Source: Eledone cirrhosa | Taxonomy: Eukaryota | Reading direction: 5' to 3' | Assembly (NCBI GenBank): GCA_964016885.1 | Contig: OZ024742.1 | Coordinates: 12,090,001 to 12,154,000, forward strand | DNA: 64,000 nucleotides | Shown: positions 29,187-42,750 of the stretch, piece by piece | How the letters are laid out: every line of letters starts with the position of its first letter | How positions within the stretch are numbered: position 1 is the stretch's first letter | Notes under the pieces: generated by a model | Database searches by the model: none | Seen by the model: only the letters and a program-made list of their open reading frames with translations | What the model was told of the DNA's origin: nothing | Position numbers and translations under genes: made by a program

Positions 29187-29231
29187 CAAATATATATATA
29201 TATGTATGTATATATATATATATATGCGTAC

Positions 29232-29329
<98 letters not shown>

Positions 29330-29377
29330 GTGCGCATATATATACACATACATATATATATATTTGATATATATATT

Positions 29378-29445
<68 letters not shown>

Positions 29446-29484
29446 TATATATTTATATATATATATATATACATATATATATAC

Positions 29485-29531
<47 letters not shown>

Positions 29532-29954
29532 TATATATAATGCAAGGTTCTACATAGACACACGCTTTCGTTTCCCAACATACTCTAATTCTAAGACGTA
29601 TGAAATGGAAGTAGTTTTGAAATAGATGTTATATTCTCTTCAATGTTGGCAAGAAACTAAATTCTGGCAGTCTAGACGGGATATGTGGCTTTCTTTATTG
29701 ATTTATTGATTTTTCTCTTATATTTTAATCATTTTTTAATGTTCTATTTACTTATTTACCATTTGTGTATATATTTACTAAAATCTTTTATTTATTATTT
29801 AAGCGTTTACATTCTTTAGATATAACTTGTTCTCGGTATATTTTTGTAAACGGTGGAAGTGATTCTACGAGACTCAACAAACATGTGTATAAACACTCTC
29901 GTACAGACAGATAGACAGACACACAGACAGACGGACAGACAGACACACACACAT

Positions 29955-29985
<31 letters not shown>

Positions 29986-30458
29986 CACATATATATGTAT
30001 ATATATACATATATATATATTTAATTAAAATAGAAATGGCTCCTGCAACAGTAAAACTCTTTACAGTCCACTAATATACTGAGTAAATTTTTTTAACTGT
30101 GGTTCCCCCCGATTTTACTGGGGATCCACATACACACACACACATACATACACACACACACACACACATACATACACACACACACACATACATACACATA
30201 CACCCCCCACACACACAAACACAGACACACACACCATACAGACAGACAGACACACACACGTGCACAAGTATAGCTCTTTTTACAAAACGGTTTTTTCCAT
30301 TTCAGGTAGACGCGCTCCATCATCCACTTTTCTAAAAAATAAATCATACACAAAACGCCAGCACCAACAGTTTTGCAAGAGATGTCAACATAAATGGACT
30401 TGTTATTTTTATTTAAAGACATTTTTTCCAATTCCAATCTATCTTATTTCTCATTCTT

Positions 30459-30494
30459 TCTTCTGATGAAGGACTAGCGTCCGAGACGTTAAGA
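30459..30494 (+). ncRNA. Minimal hammerhead motif (GAAA mutated to GAGA) in a repeat family at ~30355-30580, also at ~43428-43665 (-)
   Basis: TCTT-CTGATGA-a-GGAC-TAGC-GTCC-GAGA-CG-TT^AAGA. Confidence 0.7.
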
Positions 30495-30726
30495 CCTTCT
30501 TCCTGCTATATCAAACATTAACCTAATATATACCTTCCATATACCGTACCGATTGTGTTGTTATTTCTGTTTACCTTTTACACACACACACACACATATA
30601 TAAATATATATATATATATATATATCCAGGGGGTGTAACTAGGAGTTACTGCAGGTTCACCCGGGTGAGCACTCGATGCTTAGGTTCACTTCTGTGATGA
30701 TGTGTAGAGCTATACAGAGTGTAATA

Positions 30727-31032
30727 TATAGAAAGGATAAAAAGGATGATTGATTATTCCTTCATTGCATTTATTGATAGGTGACGCGCGTTTCGCCTCT
30801 GATCAGCTCAAGGTTCGATCTATATCGATCCTACCCGACTCAATAATCCGCAGCTCGACGGACGTTCTTAAAATGCTATAAGAAAGAAAAAAAAAGAAGG
30901 TCCGTCGAGCTGCGGATTATTGAGTCGGGTAGGATCGATATAGATCGAACCTTGAGCTGATCAGTGGCGAAACGCGCGTCACCTATCAATAAATGCAATG
31001 AAGGAATAATCAATCGTCCATTTTATCCTTTC
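30727..31032. repeat. ~135-bp-arm inverted repeat whose arms carry an HHR 3' half (GAAACGCGCGTC)
   Basis: Arms ~30727-30862 and ~30900-31032 with an A-rich spacer. GAAACGCGCGTC resembles minimal PLE HHR stem III. Confidence 0.85.
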
Positions 31033-31099
31033 TCTCTCTATATATATATATATAGTGACGAAACATAAGTCAATTGCATGAACTCATAATACTTTATTT

Positions 31100-31155
31100 A
31101 CTGCTATATATATTTCGATGATAGCCATTGAATGGCTATGACCTCATCAGGCAGT
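31100..31155 (-). ncRNA. Type I hammerhead ribozyme motif, complete
   Basis: Minus strand: ACTGC-CTGATGA-GGTCATAGCCATTCAATGGCTATCATC-GAAA-TATATA-TA^GCAGT. Confidence 0.9.
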
Positions 31156-32101
31156 TAGTCAGTTCTTAGATATGCCAGCTCTGTGTTTATAGTGTTGATG
31201 GTATCAGAGCATTGGGACATATGAGCGTGTTAGGAATAATTTAATGTTGTCAGCAGGAATAGTCTTAATTCTCATTGGTCAGTTTGTAGATGCTAGTAGG
31301 GTTGGTATTTGACCTCAAAGAGGCAGGTGGTGTTGTAAAGTTCAAACCGTCAGGCAAGATGACAATAATTCCATATGACTGATTTTCACAAAAAGCATTC
31401 CTGGTCAGATATATATTCAATTAAGGTCATTAGTATGAAACAGATACTACATGTCATTCTTAAATTGAAGAATTTATGTGGAGTGGTGCTACTGAAATGT
31501 ATCGTTAGAGTAGAAAATTTACAAATAAAAAGACTTATGTAGGTTGGCTTGCACGTACACTCACACCCACATCCACAGACACACACACATCCACACATAC
31601 AAAATGTGGGGTGGTAATACTTAAAATAATGGTAGAGACCAATACTTAGATAGTTTCGAAAGTTTAGAAATAAAAGGTTTATGCTGGTTGACTTGTACAT
31701 ACACTCACACATAGCCCCTCAGACACACACACACCTACATATATATATATTTTCACAGAACTTATGTTCACCGAATTCAGGGACTAGACTCCTTCTTCCT
31801 CCCGTTTAACCTGTGCGGAATTCCTTCCTTGCTCACATTTCGACTAGGTTTCATGGTCTTTATTCTCTCTCGTTCACGATTTCACCGAACTTATATTCAT
31901 ACAAATCTGGGACTTGACTCTTTCTTCCTCACTTTTCGTTGCTTTACCGTCTTTGTTTGTTTACATTCTCGGTCGTTCCCCTTATTTACGTGTCCCAACG
32001 ACTTTCTCTAGCCGTTGCTCGCACCAACCGGAGGTATATGGTCTTTAAAGCGATGAAATACCAATGATGGTTGGAAGATCACTGGTGAAGGACTAACTTT
32101 A

Positions 32102-32157
<56 letters not shown>

Positions 32158-32199
32158 GAGGAGGTTATAGTTCACTTGGAGCATTGTGTAATGAGGTAT

Positions 32200-32603
32200 A
32201 AACATTTGTATATGTATAATAAAGCCAAAACAATGCAGGTGTGGACATAGAATAAAGAATGCAAATGAAAAAGATATTGTTGACAATTAGTCTTTTACCT
32301 TAGATTTATTTAAATGTCCTTAATTTTCGAGATAATATCTCTTCTTCAGAGGGAAGTAAAGTTGTGAAACCAGTGTTCTAAATAGCTTGCCAAGTCATTC
32401 CTGTCAGCATGACTTGGCAAGCTATTTAGAACACTGGTTTGACAACTTTACTTCCCTCTGAAGACGAGATATTATCTCGAAAATTAAGGACATTTAAATA
32501 AATCTAAGGTAAAATACTAATTGTCAACAATATCTTTTTCATTTGCATTCTTTATTCTATGTCCACACCTGCATTGGTTTGGCTTTATTATACATATACA
32601 AAC

Positions 32604-32605
<2 letters not shown>
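32200..32605. mobile_element. ~400-bp palindrome with head-to-head minimal HHR motifs (32318-32352 on -, 32455-32489 on +)
   Basis: Arms of ~195 bp, centre ~32402. CCT-CTGAAGA-c-GAGAT-ATT-ATCTC-GAAA-AT-TA^AGG. Confidence 0.8.
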
Positions 32606-32687
<82 letters not shown>

Positions 32688-32934
32688 GTGTGTGTGGGTA
32701 TTTAATAATTATGTTGGATGCCTTAACGAAAGGGTAATATTCGACTGGTAAGGGATGTGATAATGCAAATGAAGTACTCAATACTCAATACATTAATATT
32801 AAAAAATAATTATATTTCTTTACAGAAGGACCTCAAATTTCATATATCATAGGTCCTCGCTAGGTAAAAGTCCAGCCCTGCATATATTACGCTATACATT
32901 GATTTGTGTATTAATGGGTGTAATATTTGAGCTT

Positions 32935-33460
32935 GCATTGTATATATGTTTACATTCATCTGTATATGTATGTAAGTTCTATTGTATATATATTTATACT
33001 CATCTGTGTATATATGTATGTTCTATTGTATATATATTTATATTCATCTGTATATGTATGTAAGTTCTATTGTATATATGTTTATATTCATCTGTATATA
33101 TATGTATGTTCTATTGTATATATATTTATATTCATCTGTATATATATGTATGTTCTATTGTATATATATTTATACTCATCTGTGTATATATGTATGTTCT
33201 ATTGTATATATATTTATATTCATCTGTATATATATGTATGTTCTATTGTATATATATTTATACTCATCTGTGTATATATGTATGTTCTATTGTATATATA
33301 TTTATATTCATCTGTATATATATGTATGTTCTATTGTATATATATTTATATTCATCTGTATATATATGTATGTTCTATTGTATATATATATTTATATTCA
33401 TCTGTATATATATGTATGTTCTATTGTATATATATATTTATACTCATCTGTATATATATG
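32935..33460. repeat. ~43-bp AT-rich minisatellite
   Basis: CTATTGTATATATATTTATATTCATCTGTATATATATGTATGTT, about 12 units. Confidence 0.93.
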
Positions 33461-34131
33461 TAATTGATTTATTGTGGATAACTGTATGTGTTTAAAATGT
33501 CCTCCATGTCTATTTCAGTTTTATATCTAAAGAATACTCAACATAAACAAGAATTTAATACAGAGCAGAGCAGGATAGAAATAGAAACGTTTCTAAATAC
33601 AAAATAGTTAGGTAAATATCGCACTATATAAATGTTCATATATTTATATCATATCATCAAAGTTTCATAGATTTCTATACAGAATGTCGGATATATAAGA
33701 AAATGTTTTAAATTACGTCAGTAATTAGTTCACTATTAGTAAGCTAATTAGCTGTATAGTTAGATACATACAAATATAAATAAGAAAATTAATATAGCAG
33801 TAGATATGGAATTATTAGAAATAGAGATATCATATCAAATATAATATTACTCTTACAAACAGGAAAACATGCCGAGTATTTGATCAGTTGGGAGATTCTG
33901 CACCTGTTAGAATAGATAAAATTAATTTTTTTTTTTACATTTCTATAGAAAAACTAAACATTTTCTTTACTCTGGTTGTGTGAGAAGTTTTATAACATGG
34001 CCATTATTAAACAAGTTAGAAATTTGTAGAATTTCTTTCACTCACGAAATAAAAATATCTTCTCATATACAAAGATTCATTCAGAGACATGTTTAAACAG
34101 ATTGTTTTAAGCAGAGGGCTTCATGTCTCAC

Positions 34132-34231
<100 letters not shown>

Positions 34232-34355
34232 ATCAAGGTTTAGCAAATAAGAAAAAGTTTCAAAATAAATTTTAAAAATGTTTATATATATATATATATA
34301 TATATTTATAGTGAGACATGAAGCCCTCTGCTTAAAACAATTTATATATATATTT

Positions 34356-34422
<67 letters not shown>

Positions 34423-34488
34423 CATATATTTATATATATATATTTATATATATGCATTTATATATATACATTTATATATATATATATA

Positions 34489-34583
<95 letters not shown>

Positions 34584-34615
34584 ATATATACATATATATA
34601 TATATATATATATTT

Positions 34616-34659
<44 letters not shown>

Positions 34660-34665
34660 TTATAC

Positions 34666-34719
<54 letters not shown>

Positions 34720-34788
34720 TATGAAGAGAGAAGAAACATTTAGATATAATTAGTAATAAAATGTATCATACCTAAACTGTTCCTAAAT

Positions 34789-34876
34789 TCCTCGACTACG
34801 TAGTTTCGTGGCATAAACAAAAACAATATATCAAAGATATAGAGTCCTTGCGAGGTCTGCCGACTTATCAAGAGGA
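34789..34876 (-). ncRNA. Type I hammerhead motif, U3:A8 core variant
   Basis: Minus strand: TCCTC-TTGATAA-GTcGGCA...TGCCAC-GAAA-CTACGTAG-TC^GAGGA. Confidence 0.85.
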
Positions 34877-35379
34877 TACCTCATTTTACTAGTCTCAAGA
34901 ACGCGTCTACACGACGTGAGAAAGAATCCCAAAAGGCGGAGGGGGAGATAGTCACGCGATATAACGGTCGAGAAACAGAGCTAAGCCTCCTATAACCACG
35001 AAGAAAATACCACGGAGGCGGAGGGGGTATTCATATCGAGGCCGCAGAAGAGGTAGTGAAGAAGGCGAGAAGTATGAGTAATGGAAGCTTTCCAGTTGTC
35101 CCCACACTTCAAAGATTGCTCGACCAGAGGGAGTTATTAATATATTTAGAAACACACAGATACATGCGGACACACACATATATACATGAGTGCATCCGCA
35201 CCCAACTGTGAGTTAAGGGTGCCAACTTCACCGATGTTGCTCAATGAATGACTGGGACAGACCAATTCAGTTTGAACTAGACTGAACCAGTATCAGAGTT
35301 AAAAATACATTATGAAGAGAGAAGAAACATTTAGATATAATTAGTAATAAAATGTATCATACCTAAACTGTTCCTAAAT

Positions 35380-35467
35380 TCCTCGACTACGTAGTTTCGT
35401 GGCATAAACAAAAACAATATATCAAAGATATAGAGTCCTTGCGAGGTCTGCCGACTTATCAAGAGGA
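35380..35467 (-). ncRNA. Type I hammerhead motif, U3:A8 core variant (second tandem copy)
   Basis: Matches 34789-34876 at an offset of 591. Confidence 0.85.
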
Positions 35468-35725
35468 TACCTCATTTTACTAGTCTCAAGAACGCGTCTA
35501 CACGACGTGAGAAAGAATCCCAAAAGGCGGAGGGGGAGATAGTCACGCGATATAACGGTCGAGAAACAGAGCTAAGCCTCCTATAACCACGAAGAAAATA
35601 CCACGGAGGCGGAGGGGGTATTCATATCGAGGCCGCAGAAGAGGTAGTGAAGAAGGCGAGAAGTATGAGTAATGGAAGCTTTCCAGTTGTCCCCACACTA
35701 CAAAGATTGCTCGATATATATATAT

Positions 35726-35784
<59 letters not shown>

Positions 35785-35810
35785 CATATATATAAATATA
35801 TATATATATA

Positions 35811-35880
<70 letters not shown>

Positions 35881-35967
35881 ATATATATAGAAATATACCA
35901 CAATTTCAAACTGCTAGCCTTGAGTGATACGTTGATGTAAATAATGATCTTACAATCACATGTTATA

Positions 35968-36014
35968 TGGCTTGATAAGTCCCTCCATGTGGTCGGACGA
36001 AACGGCTGTCGGCA
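35968..36014 (+). ncRNA. Hammerhead motif, U3:A8 core variant, imperfect stem I
   Basis: TGGC-TTGATAA-GTCC..GGAC-GAAA-CGGCTG-TC^GGCA. Confidence 0.7.
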
Positions 36015-36599
36015 ATAAACTTGTTATAATGTCATAATAGTTCCTTTGTTCTTTTTCACTAATATTTCTGCTCTGCGTATACGCATAGAGTTTAACTAGC
36101 TACCGTCACATATTTGGTAGGTCAGACGTGATCATCGTGATTCACATACGACCTACCATACATCTTACTTATATATAGAAATATGTATATATAAATATAT
36201 ATATAAATATATAAATATATATATTACATTCAAAGTTATAGATTTTCTGTATGTTAACAGGTGTAAGTTCTGATGAATCGATTCGATCACTGGTGATCCA
36301 GATCGATCATCGAACTACACCGATATTTGGTGAAATGTATTCATGATTTCTGATACATATACGATACATATGAGGGAAATATATATAAGTTTTATCCGGT
36401 ATCTATATTTTAAATTTTTGTTAAATTTTAATATCATAACGTAATGAACTATGTGTTCTTACATATTATACTGATTGTCTCCTGCTAAAGTTTGATATGT
36501 TCTACTGTACGGTTATATCGTCAGATATATATGTATACATGTCATTCACTATTTTGTAAGGATTAAATATATACATACACACACACGCATGTATATATT

Positions 36600-36645
<46 letters not shown>

Positions 36646-36789
36646 AATAGATAGATGGATAGATAGATAGATAAATAGATACATATATATATGTGTGTGT
36701 GTGTGTGTTTGTTTGTATGTGTGTAGGATCCCGTTGTAAATTGGAAGGTGACCAGTGTCAAAGAAGGTACTCAGTACGTTAGTAGAGTA

Positions 36790-36920
36790 TAGGTATATTT
36801 ATTGTAGTATAGAAATGACTTCTACAGTTTCATTCCTAAAAAATCGTCAGGGTTTCCTGGTGGTTTCTTAACAATGAAACAGTTCTAGTCCTGTAGAAGT
36901 CATTTTTATAATAAAATGAA
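36790..36920. mobile_element. Rearranged inverted HHR-family fragment, related to 48049-48095
   Basis: Minus strand CTGACGA..GAAACTGTAGAAG (stem III deleted) faces plus strand GAAACAGTTCTAGTCCTGTAGAAG. Confidence 0.65.
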
Positions 36921-37365
36921 TATAAATATATTAAATATACAAAGAAAAAGGTAGGGGAAAGAATAGGTAGGTAGACAAAACAAGATTAAGTGTCAAAATA
37001 CATTTTTTCTTGTGTGTTTAAGTGAAGAAATCAGACATATACACGAGAAATGTTATATTTGTTGCAAAAGGTAGATAGAACTATATTTTGAACACTTCCG
37101 TATGGAAATATATACGTCTTTATCAGATGTTTTATTTGTATTTATTTCAAAAATAAATTCACCCAGTTTTATATTTGTTCGTTTAAATATTTGTTTGTTG
37201 TATTTGAGGAATATAAATCATTTCTTTAAACGAATAGATACGGACGACTGGTAATCATCAGAGCAGAGAGTTTCTACGGCTTTAGTCAACAAACATACCT
37301 ACCGACATATTGCTACAGTGTCACTCATATTTTCACATTAACTTGCTCAAATCCTACTCACGATA

Positions 37366-37461
<96 letters not shown>

Positions 37462-37555
37462 CTATATATATATATATACACATATATATAAATGTCTCTC
37501 TCTATATATATATATATCTGCACTCTTCGTTATAGTTTTTGTTTTTTGTTGTTCA

Positions 37556-37590
<35 letters not shown>

Positions 37591-37870
37591 GGAATCTAAT
37601 GAAACGAAATTTCATTTCTCACTCTTAGTACGGCACTTACTTAAATGTAAGTATGTATGTATGTATACGTACATACATATATGTATACAGACGTACAGTA
37701 GTATGTATATATATATACATACATGCACACATACATATATTCACGTATCGGTTTACCGAACATTTATTATAATGCTCGGTTTGTTTGTTTGTAAACAAAC
37801 AAACAGCCCGAATTACGCTGTACAGTGTTTAGGCAACCACGTCACCTTTTTGTTCAACACTGACACAGGA

Positions 37871-37913
37871 ACGATGTACTAGTTTCAAGCTTATTAGCTA
37901 TCGTCAGCATCGT
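37871..37913 (-). ncRNA. Minimal type I hammerhead motif, complete
   Basis: Minus strand: ACGATG-CTGACGA-tAGCT-AATA-AGCTt-GAAA-CTAG-TA^CATCGT. Confidence 0.9.
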
Positions 37914-38171
37914 ATACCCTTCTGCCAGATGGTTGAACGTCTGAAAGTATATACTTTCCTTATGCATATTAACGGCTGAGCAGCCTAATTTGCAAATTTA
38001 TTATTATTACTATATATATATAGTAATAATAATAAATTTGAAGACTATAATCCAAACAGGGCTCTCTTCGCCGGGGAACGTTTCCACGAACCAAAGTATC
38101 GTCTTCCTGTCTTGCTTAGGTTGCAACGTTTTTCGAAATATTTATTTCTGCGTTCACAGATTGATTTTTTT

Positions 38172-38222
38172 AGTTTCAGAAGATCCCGTTAAAGGTGAAA
38201 GCAGCGATTCTTTGCTTAAACT
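38172..38222 (+). ncRNA. Hammerhead-like motif with core CAGAAGA (U4A family)
   Basis: Copy of 16859-16909. Confidence 0.65.
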
Positions 38223-38233
38223 TTAATCTGTTA

Positions 38234-38271
<38 letters not shown>

Positions 38272-38275
38272 TATA

Positions 38276-38339
<64 letters not shown>

Positions 38340-38340
38340 C

Positions 38341-38381
<41 letters not shown>

Positions 38382-38546
38382 TATATGTATACATATATGT
38401 GTATATATGTGCATGTATGAATGTGTCTACGTATATATTTATTTATTTATTTACAAACATTTATATACGTATGTGTGTGTGTGTTTGTATCTGTGTGTGA
38501 GTGTGCTTCTGTGTGTGTGTGTGAGTGTGCTTCTGTGTGTGTGTGT

Positions 38547-38595
<49 letters not shown>

Positions 38596-39305
38596 ACTCA
38601 ACAGGTTAAAAATACTAGGTCTTCGCCTTACTGCACTTTGTTGAGTAATTTGTGAAGCACTTCATTTTTACACCACAAAATAAACATAAAGACTGTGCAG
38701 CCTCTACTGTCTATGTTACATCTCTATATACATAATATATCAAAGTCATGTATTGAGTTAGAAACTCAAAATCGTCTCATTACAGTAAATAGCTCTAGGA
38801 AAGAGATTTTTCCGAGCCGTATATTATAACTGAACAAAAAAGAAAAACGAAAACAGACATATACATGTGTTCAAATCGTAATGGACCAGAATCGCTAAGG
38901 TGAAAGAAATACTAACTATAGACAATAGGGTTTGCCAGACTCAATTTAAGAATAAATCAAGAAATATAAATACAAACCATAATTGTGGTAACAACCGAAC
39001 ACCCGGACAGTTAGAAACTCAAAATAGTCTCAATACAGTAAATAGCTCTAGGAAAGAAGTTTTTCCGAGCCGTATATTATAACTGAACAAAAAAGAAAAA
39101 CGAACACAGAGTTTCTAACTCAATACATGCCTTTCATATATTCGTTAATTCGTCGAGCTAATTCAAATGTCGAGTAAACTCGGCTGCTATTTTTAGTGGT
39201 GTGAGTGTGCGAGACACGCTAAGGTCGGGAACAATGTGCGTTACATAAACATACACTATCCATTTTTTTAATTAGATTTAGAAGTGATCAGGATACTAAT
39301 TTCTT

Positions 39306-39386
39306 CACCTGCTGATGAGCTTAGGACTTTGGTACTCCTTTTCACAAATAATATTGCGAAACCGTTTTATCAAAACTGTCCGGGTG
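39306..39386 (+). ncRNA. Type I hammerhead ribozyme motif, complete
   Basis: CACCTG-CTGATGA-GC...GC-GAAA-CcGTTTT-ATC-AAAACtG-TC^CGGGTG. Confidence 0.8.
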
Positions 39387-39704
39387 TTCGGTTGTTACCA
39401 CAATTATGGTTTGTATTTATGTTTCTTGATTTATTCTTAAATTGAGTCTGGCAAACCCTATTGTCTGTAGTTAGTATTTATTTCACCTTAGCGATATATA
39501 TATATGTAGGCTTATATAATATATATAGTTGCTGTTCATCTAAATTTTGTGCTGTACCTGGCTCAGCTTTCATGGAAGAAACATATAGCACATTGTCAGA
39601 CTTGCTAAGAGATACATTAACAAATATATTTGGTGGAGAACCACATAGCGAATTCAAATATGATATGACCTGTTGTTGACCGTCTCGATATTTGTACATT
39701 CTAG

Positions 39705-40030
39705 TGTCCTAGTGGTAAGGGCGTTGAAATTATATTCATAATATTGTGGGGTCGACTCCTGGACTGGGTTGTGTGTTGTGATCTTGAATAAAACACTTTA
39801 TTTCACGTCGCTCCAGTGGTAAGGGTGTTGGACTTACGATTATATGCAGCGTTGTTGATAAAAATACTTCCCTTCACGTTGCTCCAGTATAATTAGCTGA
39901 AAATATGTACCAGCAACAGCTGGGGTTTTAACCCCGCGATGGCCTGGTATCTTATCCAAGGAGAGTCTTGTACTCTCAGTCGCTTCACGCCACGAAACCA
40001 GGATAATCACCGGTCTGACGAACTTCCATA
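39705..40030 (+). mobile_element. tRNA-derived SINE with a V-domain-like core (family 2), duplicated head
   Basis: CTAGTGGTAAGGGCG...GGGTCGACTCCTGG...CCCCGCGATGGCCTGG...GCTTCACGCCACGAAACCAGGATAA. Confidence 0.75.
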
Positions 40031-40574
40031 GTTTTGTTTATCTTCTGTTAATTTCTGTTTATTTTTAATGTAGTAGTTCGACATTTAAATCTGCTGGAAT
40101 ATTATGTCAATTAGAAACGACAGTTTTCTTTCTTTCATTTATTTTCTGTAGTTCTCAGTCACTTCAGATCGAGACCAGGGTATGTGGCTGATCAAACTAA
40201 TTCATGCAACAATGATTTCCATGCTAAGATGAACACTATCAATAATATAACGTTAGAGCTACCGTCATGATTTGGCTATATCTACCTTGTGTACTTAAAG
40301 TTGTGAGATTTGTGGCTTTTAGTTTCGTTGACTTTAAACGATTATCTTTTATTTCCGATATTTTTGATGGCGTTGAAATAAAAATAATGATTCTAAAAAT
40401 CACATGACTTTTGGAGAAGTGTATCTAGAAAATTATAATATAATCACACCCACCCTCACACACACGTCAGTAATGACCATACTACTTCCTTTTACATAGA
40501 ATACTTAATTTCCTGGAGTATAGGTTGTGTTGAAATTTGAACATATTGTACTCTCTCTCTTACACATCTCTCAC

Positions 40575-41212
40575 AGGCGGGTGCTATAGAAGTGGTGGAT
40601 AGCTTCCGGTACCTAGGAGATCAGATTAGCATAGGAGGGAGGTGTTCCGAGGCCATAGTATCTAGAATAAGAGCGGGTTGGAAGAAGTTTAGGGAGCTGC
40701 TTCCTCTGCTGACGAAGAAGGGTTTCTCCCTGCGTACGAAAGGCCGATTATATGATGCCTGTGTGAGGAGCGCGATGCTGCATGGTAGGGAGACATGGGC
40801 AGCAACTGCAGAGGATATACGACGGCTGAAGAGAAATGAGGCAAGCATGCCCCGTTCGATGTGCAGTGTCAATGTGCGTGAACGACCCAGCATGGATGTG
40901 TTGAGAGAGAAACTGTGTCTGAGTGGGATAGAATGTAGTGTGCGAGAGAGAAGACTGCGGTGGTATGGACATGTGATGCACATGGAGGATGACCGATGGG
41001 TGGAGAAGTGCCAGGAAATGCCAGTTGAAGGAAGACGTGGTAGAGGTAGACCACGAAAAAAATGGGCGGAGGTGGTGAGAACAGACCTCAGATCGTTGAA
41101 GCTCACAGAGGAGATGGCGAGGGACCGTGACGAGTGGAGAAATGCTGTGCTGCTTAAGACACGTCCCACCCTTGCAAGCAGGGAAAAACGGACGTAAAAT
41201 GATGATGATGAT
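40575..41212 (+). mobile_element. 5'-truncated RTE-clade LINE (3' end of ORF2) with a (GAT)n tail
   Basis: ORF 40592-41197 carries VDSFRYLG, RIRAGWKKFREL, LRWYGHV and [12 protein letters not shown]. The stop is followed by ATGATGATGAT. Confidence 0.92.
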
Positions 41213-41265
41213 ATATATGTATACACATATATATATACACATATATATATACATATGTATATATA

Positions 41266-41308
<43 letters not shown>

Positions 41309-41324
41309 CACATATATATACATG

Positions 41325-41358
<34 letters not shown>

Positions 41359-41723
41359 CACATACATACATATATATACATAAATATACAAATTATACAC
41401 ACTCACTTATATACATTTGCATATATGTAAAAGTGTAACTGTCTCTTATAAACACCTGTTCACATCTATTTACTAATGTAACTACTTACCACGGCGTAGT
41501 TTTGAAATTCTTTTAAAATCTACTCTCGTTATTTCAAGTCAATCTTCAAATGACAATTAATGAAACAACGTTTTAATTACACGATTAAGAGAAACTGTTA
41601 ATTGTTTCCTTTTGACGACAGAATTGTTCCGCACTCAATAATTACTGACTTCAGAATCTGTCATTAAATATGATAGATATATACACACGTAGCTATATAT
41701 ATATATATATATATACATTTATA

Positions 41724-41797
<74 letters not shown>

Positions 41798-41855
41798 CAC
41801 ACATATATATATATGTATAATATATATAAACACACACACACACACACACACACAG

Positions 41856-41889
<34 letters not shown>

Positions 41890-42053
41890 TTCCTTTGATT
41901 TTCTTGGCGTATTGTTTAATAGTTAATTGCTACAACTGAATATTTAATATAAACTATACTTTTTGCGTATGTGTATATATAAATATATGTGCGTGTATGT
42001 GCGTGTGTGTGCGTGTGTGTGTCAGTGTGTTTGTGTATATATGTGTATGGGTG

Positions 42054-42086
<33 letters not shown>

Positions 42087-42118
42087 AGAACAAAAGATGG
42101 TTAAAAGAGTTCCATATA

Positions 42119-42185
42119 TTTTATTATGCGCATTTCAAAAACAAATATCATCGTGCAATAATATTTGTGTTTTCATCAGATAAAA
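42119..42185 (-). ncRNA. Type I hammerhead ribozyme motif, complete
   Basis: Minus strand: TTTTAT-CTGATGA-AAAcACAAATATTA..TGATATTTGTtTTT-GAAA-TGCGCA-TA^ATAAAA. Confidence 0.88.
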
Positions 42186-42282
42186 CAGGAGGACATGATA
42201 TGAAGGTTAAAAAACACTGGCGGATAGTTCAGTTTTAAATCAACATATGGATATGTTGATTTAAAACTGAATATATATATAT

Positions 42283-42460
42283 CGCAATCGTAAGGTTGTG
42301 AGTTCGATTCCTGGACCAGGCGATGCGTTATGTCCTTGAGCAAGACACTTTATTTCACGTTGCTCCTTCTACCTGGAGTTGCGACCGATAGATAGTATTA
42401 CCAACTGGAAAGACCAACGGAAATATTGTTTCCTAGGTTCGATTTGACGAAAGTCGATCG
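42283..42460 (+). mobile_element. SINE-like repeat (copy of ~15600-15780)
   Basis: GAGTTCGATTCCTGGACCAGGCGATGCGTTATGTCCTTGAGCAAGACACTTT... Confidence 0.75.
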
Positions 42461-42677
42461 CTAGTGTGTGTGTGTGTGTTTGTGTGTGTATGTGTGTATA
42501 TATGTGTGTATATATGTGTGTATGTGTGAATATATGTGTGTGTGTGTACGTGTGTATATATGTATGTGTGAGTGTGTTTGTGTGTGTACGTGTGTGTATA
42601 CGTGTGTGTATATGTGTGTTTGTTTGTGTGTATATATGTGAGTGTGTGTCTGTGTGTCTGTGTGTTTGTGTGTGTAC

Positions 42678-42750
<73 letters not shown>

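Larger units (their letters stand above)
34713..35713 (-). mobile_element. Retrozyme-like tandem insert: ~1.7 copies of a 591-bp unit, one HHR per unit, flanked by (TA)n
   Basis: ~34713-35122 is repeated almost identically at ~35304-35713. HHRs at 34789-34876 and 35380-35467. Confidence 0.9.

Noticed and set aside
36260-36322. CTGATGA within a hairpin
   Set aside because: The downstream sequence is a degenerate inverted copy of the 5' half, and there is no GAAA, stem III or UH.
37205-37270. Minus-strand CTGATGA...GAAA
   Set aside because: Stem I does not pair and stem II is negligible.
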